A stretch of DNA of 62,628 nt, counting the filler, from Chiloscyllium plagiosum (lineage: Eukaryota): the NCBI RefSeq assembly GCF_004010195.1. It is 5 parts of one record of this genome, joined end to end, with 100 filler letters (N's around TTAATTAATTAA, not from the genome) between each part and the next. Parts side by side here need not be neighbours in the genome. Positions count along the whole stretch, not along the records: positions 60,152 to 62,628 come from NC_057714.1; 4 more parts are not named here. The stretch is one strand, 5' to 3'. The notes under the pieces were generated by a model. That model did not search any database. It worked only from the letters and a program-made list of their open reading frames with translations, and was not told the origin of the DNA. This document shows, one piece after another, positions 60,152 through 62,628 of this stretch. Each line of letters opens with the position of its first letter. The stretch's first letter is position 1. A program made the translations under genes and the position numbers.

Positions 60152-62628
60152 ATTCGGGGAAAGATGGTTACAGCATTGCAAACGTACAAGAGAGCAGAGT
60201 CACCGAGCCTGCAATAAGAAAACATCCATCATTCTCCCTCACAACTCACGTCACTTGAGGAATTGGTGATGGGAGATGTGACCAATAGTCAACGATGTCA
60301 GCACCCGGTCCAGGCCAGTTATATTGTGAACTGAATGTGCTGTGTTGAAAGCTAGAACTGTTTGCTCAGGGACTGTGATTGATGTCAGTCTCCATGCATT
60401 GCAACTGTGTCGCTGGAGGGTTTCCCTCTCCTATTGGTGAGGGGCTTCACTCAGTTCGCTATCCCAGTGTAGGAGTTGATGCATCAGCTCCAACAGTAAC
60501 AGAGATCAGCAGCTGCACAGACGTGGAGAGGACAGATCTGAATTTGTGGATAATGGATTCGATAATTACACCAATGGAGAGGAGGCTTTCCTTGGGTCTT
60601 TTCAACATTTCCCTCTCTTGGGAATTTCTACCATATCGGATATTAGCGGTGCTGATTATTATTTTGGCAGGGGTGGAGGGTGTGTTACTAATCTATTCTC
60701 GCTATTGTCGGTGTTCTCTACTTCTGTCCATTCATTAATCCCATAAACAATTTTAAACTTCATTGCAATTTCTGTTATCTATATTTGTCAAAGAAACTTT
60801 TATCTGCAATTCCAATTGCAGTCTCCATTCATCTGAATTGCAGACCAGTCCCTTATAGACATCTGAGAACAAAACTGTGGACAACCTCTGGATCCCTTTT
60901 TGCCCTGAACTGATTTATGTCTCATGTTCCCACTGTCACCAACCCTGTCCACTACCAGCTTATAATATCCCCAATTTCCATCTCTGCGTCAATGCTGTGG
61001 CTGAACAAACCATTGTCTGCACGTTGGTAAAATTCAGGCTTTGTTTCAAGCTCTCTTCTGGCAACCTTTCCAGTTACAAGTATTTCAGTCACAAAATTGT
61101 TCTTGTATCGGACGTTACTTCATGATTAGGACAATGTATCAGAGTCGGAATGTCGCTGGATGTAATTCAGGAGCAAAGCTTATCAAACGAAAGGTATTGT
61201 TTCAAGCAATTTGTTTCATGTCCTACCACAGCTGATGGCAGAACTGCAATATAAATGATAAGAATTGGAATAAAAGTGAATTTCACGAAAAGCAACCATA
61301 AAACGCACATTTTGTCTGAAAATCTTCATGTTTCACTGATGACCTTCGGTAAAGAAATCTAATGTTACTACCCGGTCTGGTCTAAGTGTGACTTCAGACT
61401 TTACATTGGCTGGTGGAATGGCCTCACAGTCAGGACAATTAGTGATCATTAACAAATGCTTGGCAGAGATGCCGACTTCCCATGGAATAACAAATTTGAA
61501 GGGTAAACCAAATAAAGGAAGATGCTGGAGATCTGAAATTGCATACAAAATGCAAAGAAAAGAACAGAAAGTAGTGGGGAGCTTTTATGAACTGAAAGCA
61601 GCTGGAAAATAGTGTAAATAATGCTGGTGACAGGGACGTCTGCTTTGAAGAGGAGGAGGAATGAGTTGAATCGATAGAGATCGAGATAGAAGAAAAAGAG
61701 CAAACAAAGGGACTGATGATCAGCTGGGATGGAAATAAAATGTGAGATTCACCTCATTTATCCCAGCTTCCTGAATATCATGCCCATGTCAGTACATGTA
61801 TCGCCCGCTATTCAAACTTGTGCTTTATGCCACTTCCCTTTCCGAAAAACCCCCGTTAGGTCCTGTTTTCGCTACCCAAAAGAAATCTGAAGAGGATTTT
61901 CACTTTTACCAAGAAAGGTGAATTTTTTCCACATAAATTAATGCTACTTCGCTTTATGCCATATCAGATTACTTTCAGTTTCTGAGGAAAACCTGTGTGT
62001 ACCTAAGATCATGTTTAAAGCGATTTGATCCCAACTGTCTGTCTTCCCTGAGTGTCGTCATCTTCTTATATTTATTAATGGGATTTAGGTATCGCTGGCT
62101 GGGCCAGCATTAGTTCACTTTTTGGATTGCCCATGAGAAGACCTTGAGCCTCACAGGGCACTTAGACAGAGTGAGGCATGCAAGGTGACAGCTGCATGGG
62201 AGCTGTGCAAAGCAAGATCGACGTTAGCAAGGTTAATATTATTTGAAAATTAAGAGATGTCAATTCGTCAGTGTAATTACGGTAGGGAAGAAGGTGTTCC
62301 TGAGCATGCTGGTCCATGTTTTCAAGCCTCTGTATCTCCTCCCTTTTGGAAGAGGTTATGGGAGATCATTACCGGTTTTGGAGAAATTTTGATGTTGCCA
62401 GCCTTTCGCTGACAATGAGAAGTCTAAATGGATGAAAGGTTGTCTTCCATGATGATCTGGGCTGTGCACGCAACCGTCTGCAGATTCTTATGGTCCTGGG
62501 AATAGCAGTTACCGTCACACTATTATGCACGTGAATAAAATGTTTTCAGTTGCCAGTATGCAGAGCACTGGGAGAAGGCAGTTCCACAATATTTAGATGT
62601 AACAATTGGTTGTTAAATGGATATCCAA

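Noticed and set aside
60152..62628. Possible gene in the last piece
   Set aside because: The short ORFs lack recognisable domains or consistent exon signals; the 3' part looks like degenerate SINE/LINE remnants.

Overview
This is vertebrate genomic DNA, almost certainly from a shark or other cartilaginous fish, judging by the HE1-type V-SINEs, CR1/HER1-type LINEs, Penelope-like elements and Tx1/L1 LINEs. The window is not one continuous sequence: five pieces are joined by an artificial 100-bp linker (44 N + TTAATTAATTAA + 44 N) at 12343, 38190, 50955 and 60052. Host genes are five internal AKAP9 exons (minus, 360-10470, including the intron-split PKA-RII anchoring helix), the large LRR exon of LRRD1 (minus, 15763-17253; downstream exons absent) and a complete single-exon MTERF1 CDS (plus, 43528-44676) with a candidate promoter and first exon near 39.1-39.3 kb. 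Most of the rest is nested transposable elements. The strongest hidden signal is a set of about 20 minimal, short-stem-III hammerhead ribozyme motifs (CUGANGA-stem II-GAA-ACGU/AGCU-H). They are carried by three unrelated Penelope-like families, often as inverted pairs in small fold-back elements with 11-16 bp target-site duplications; one such element lies in a short AKAP9 intron. Other oddities are a CR1 5' UTR with a palindromic E-box and three 5'-splice-site motifs exactly 105 bp apart, a Tx1 element whose 3'-flanking sequence matches its own 3' UTR, and locally templated insertions. Family names come from motif recognition only, and repeat boundaries are approximate.
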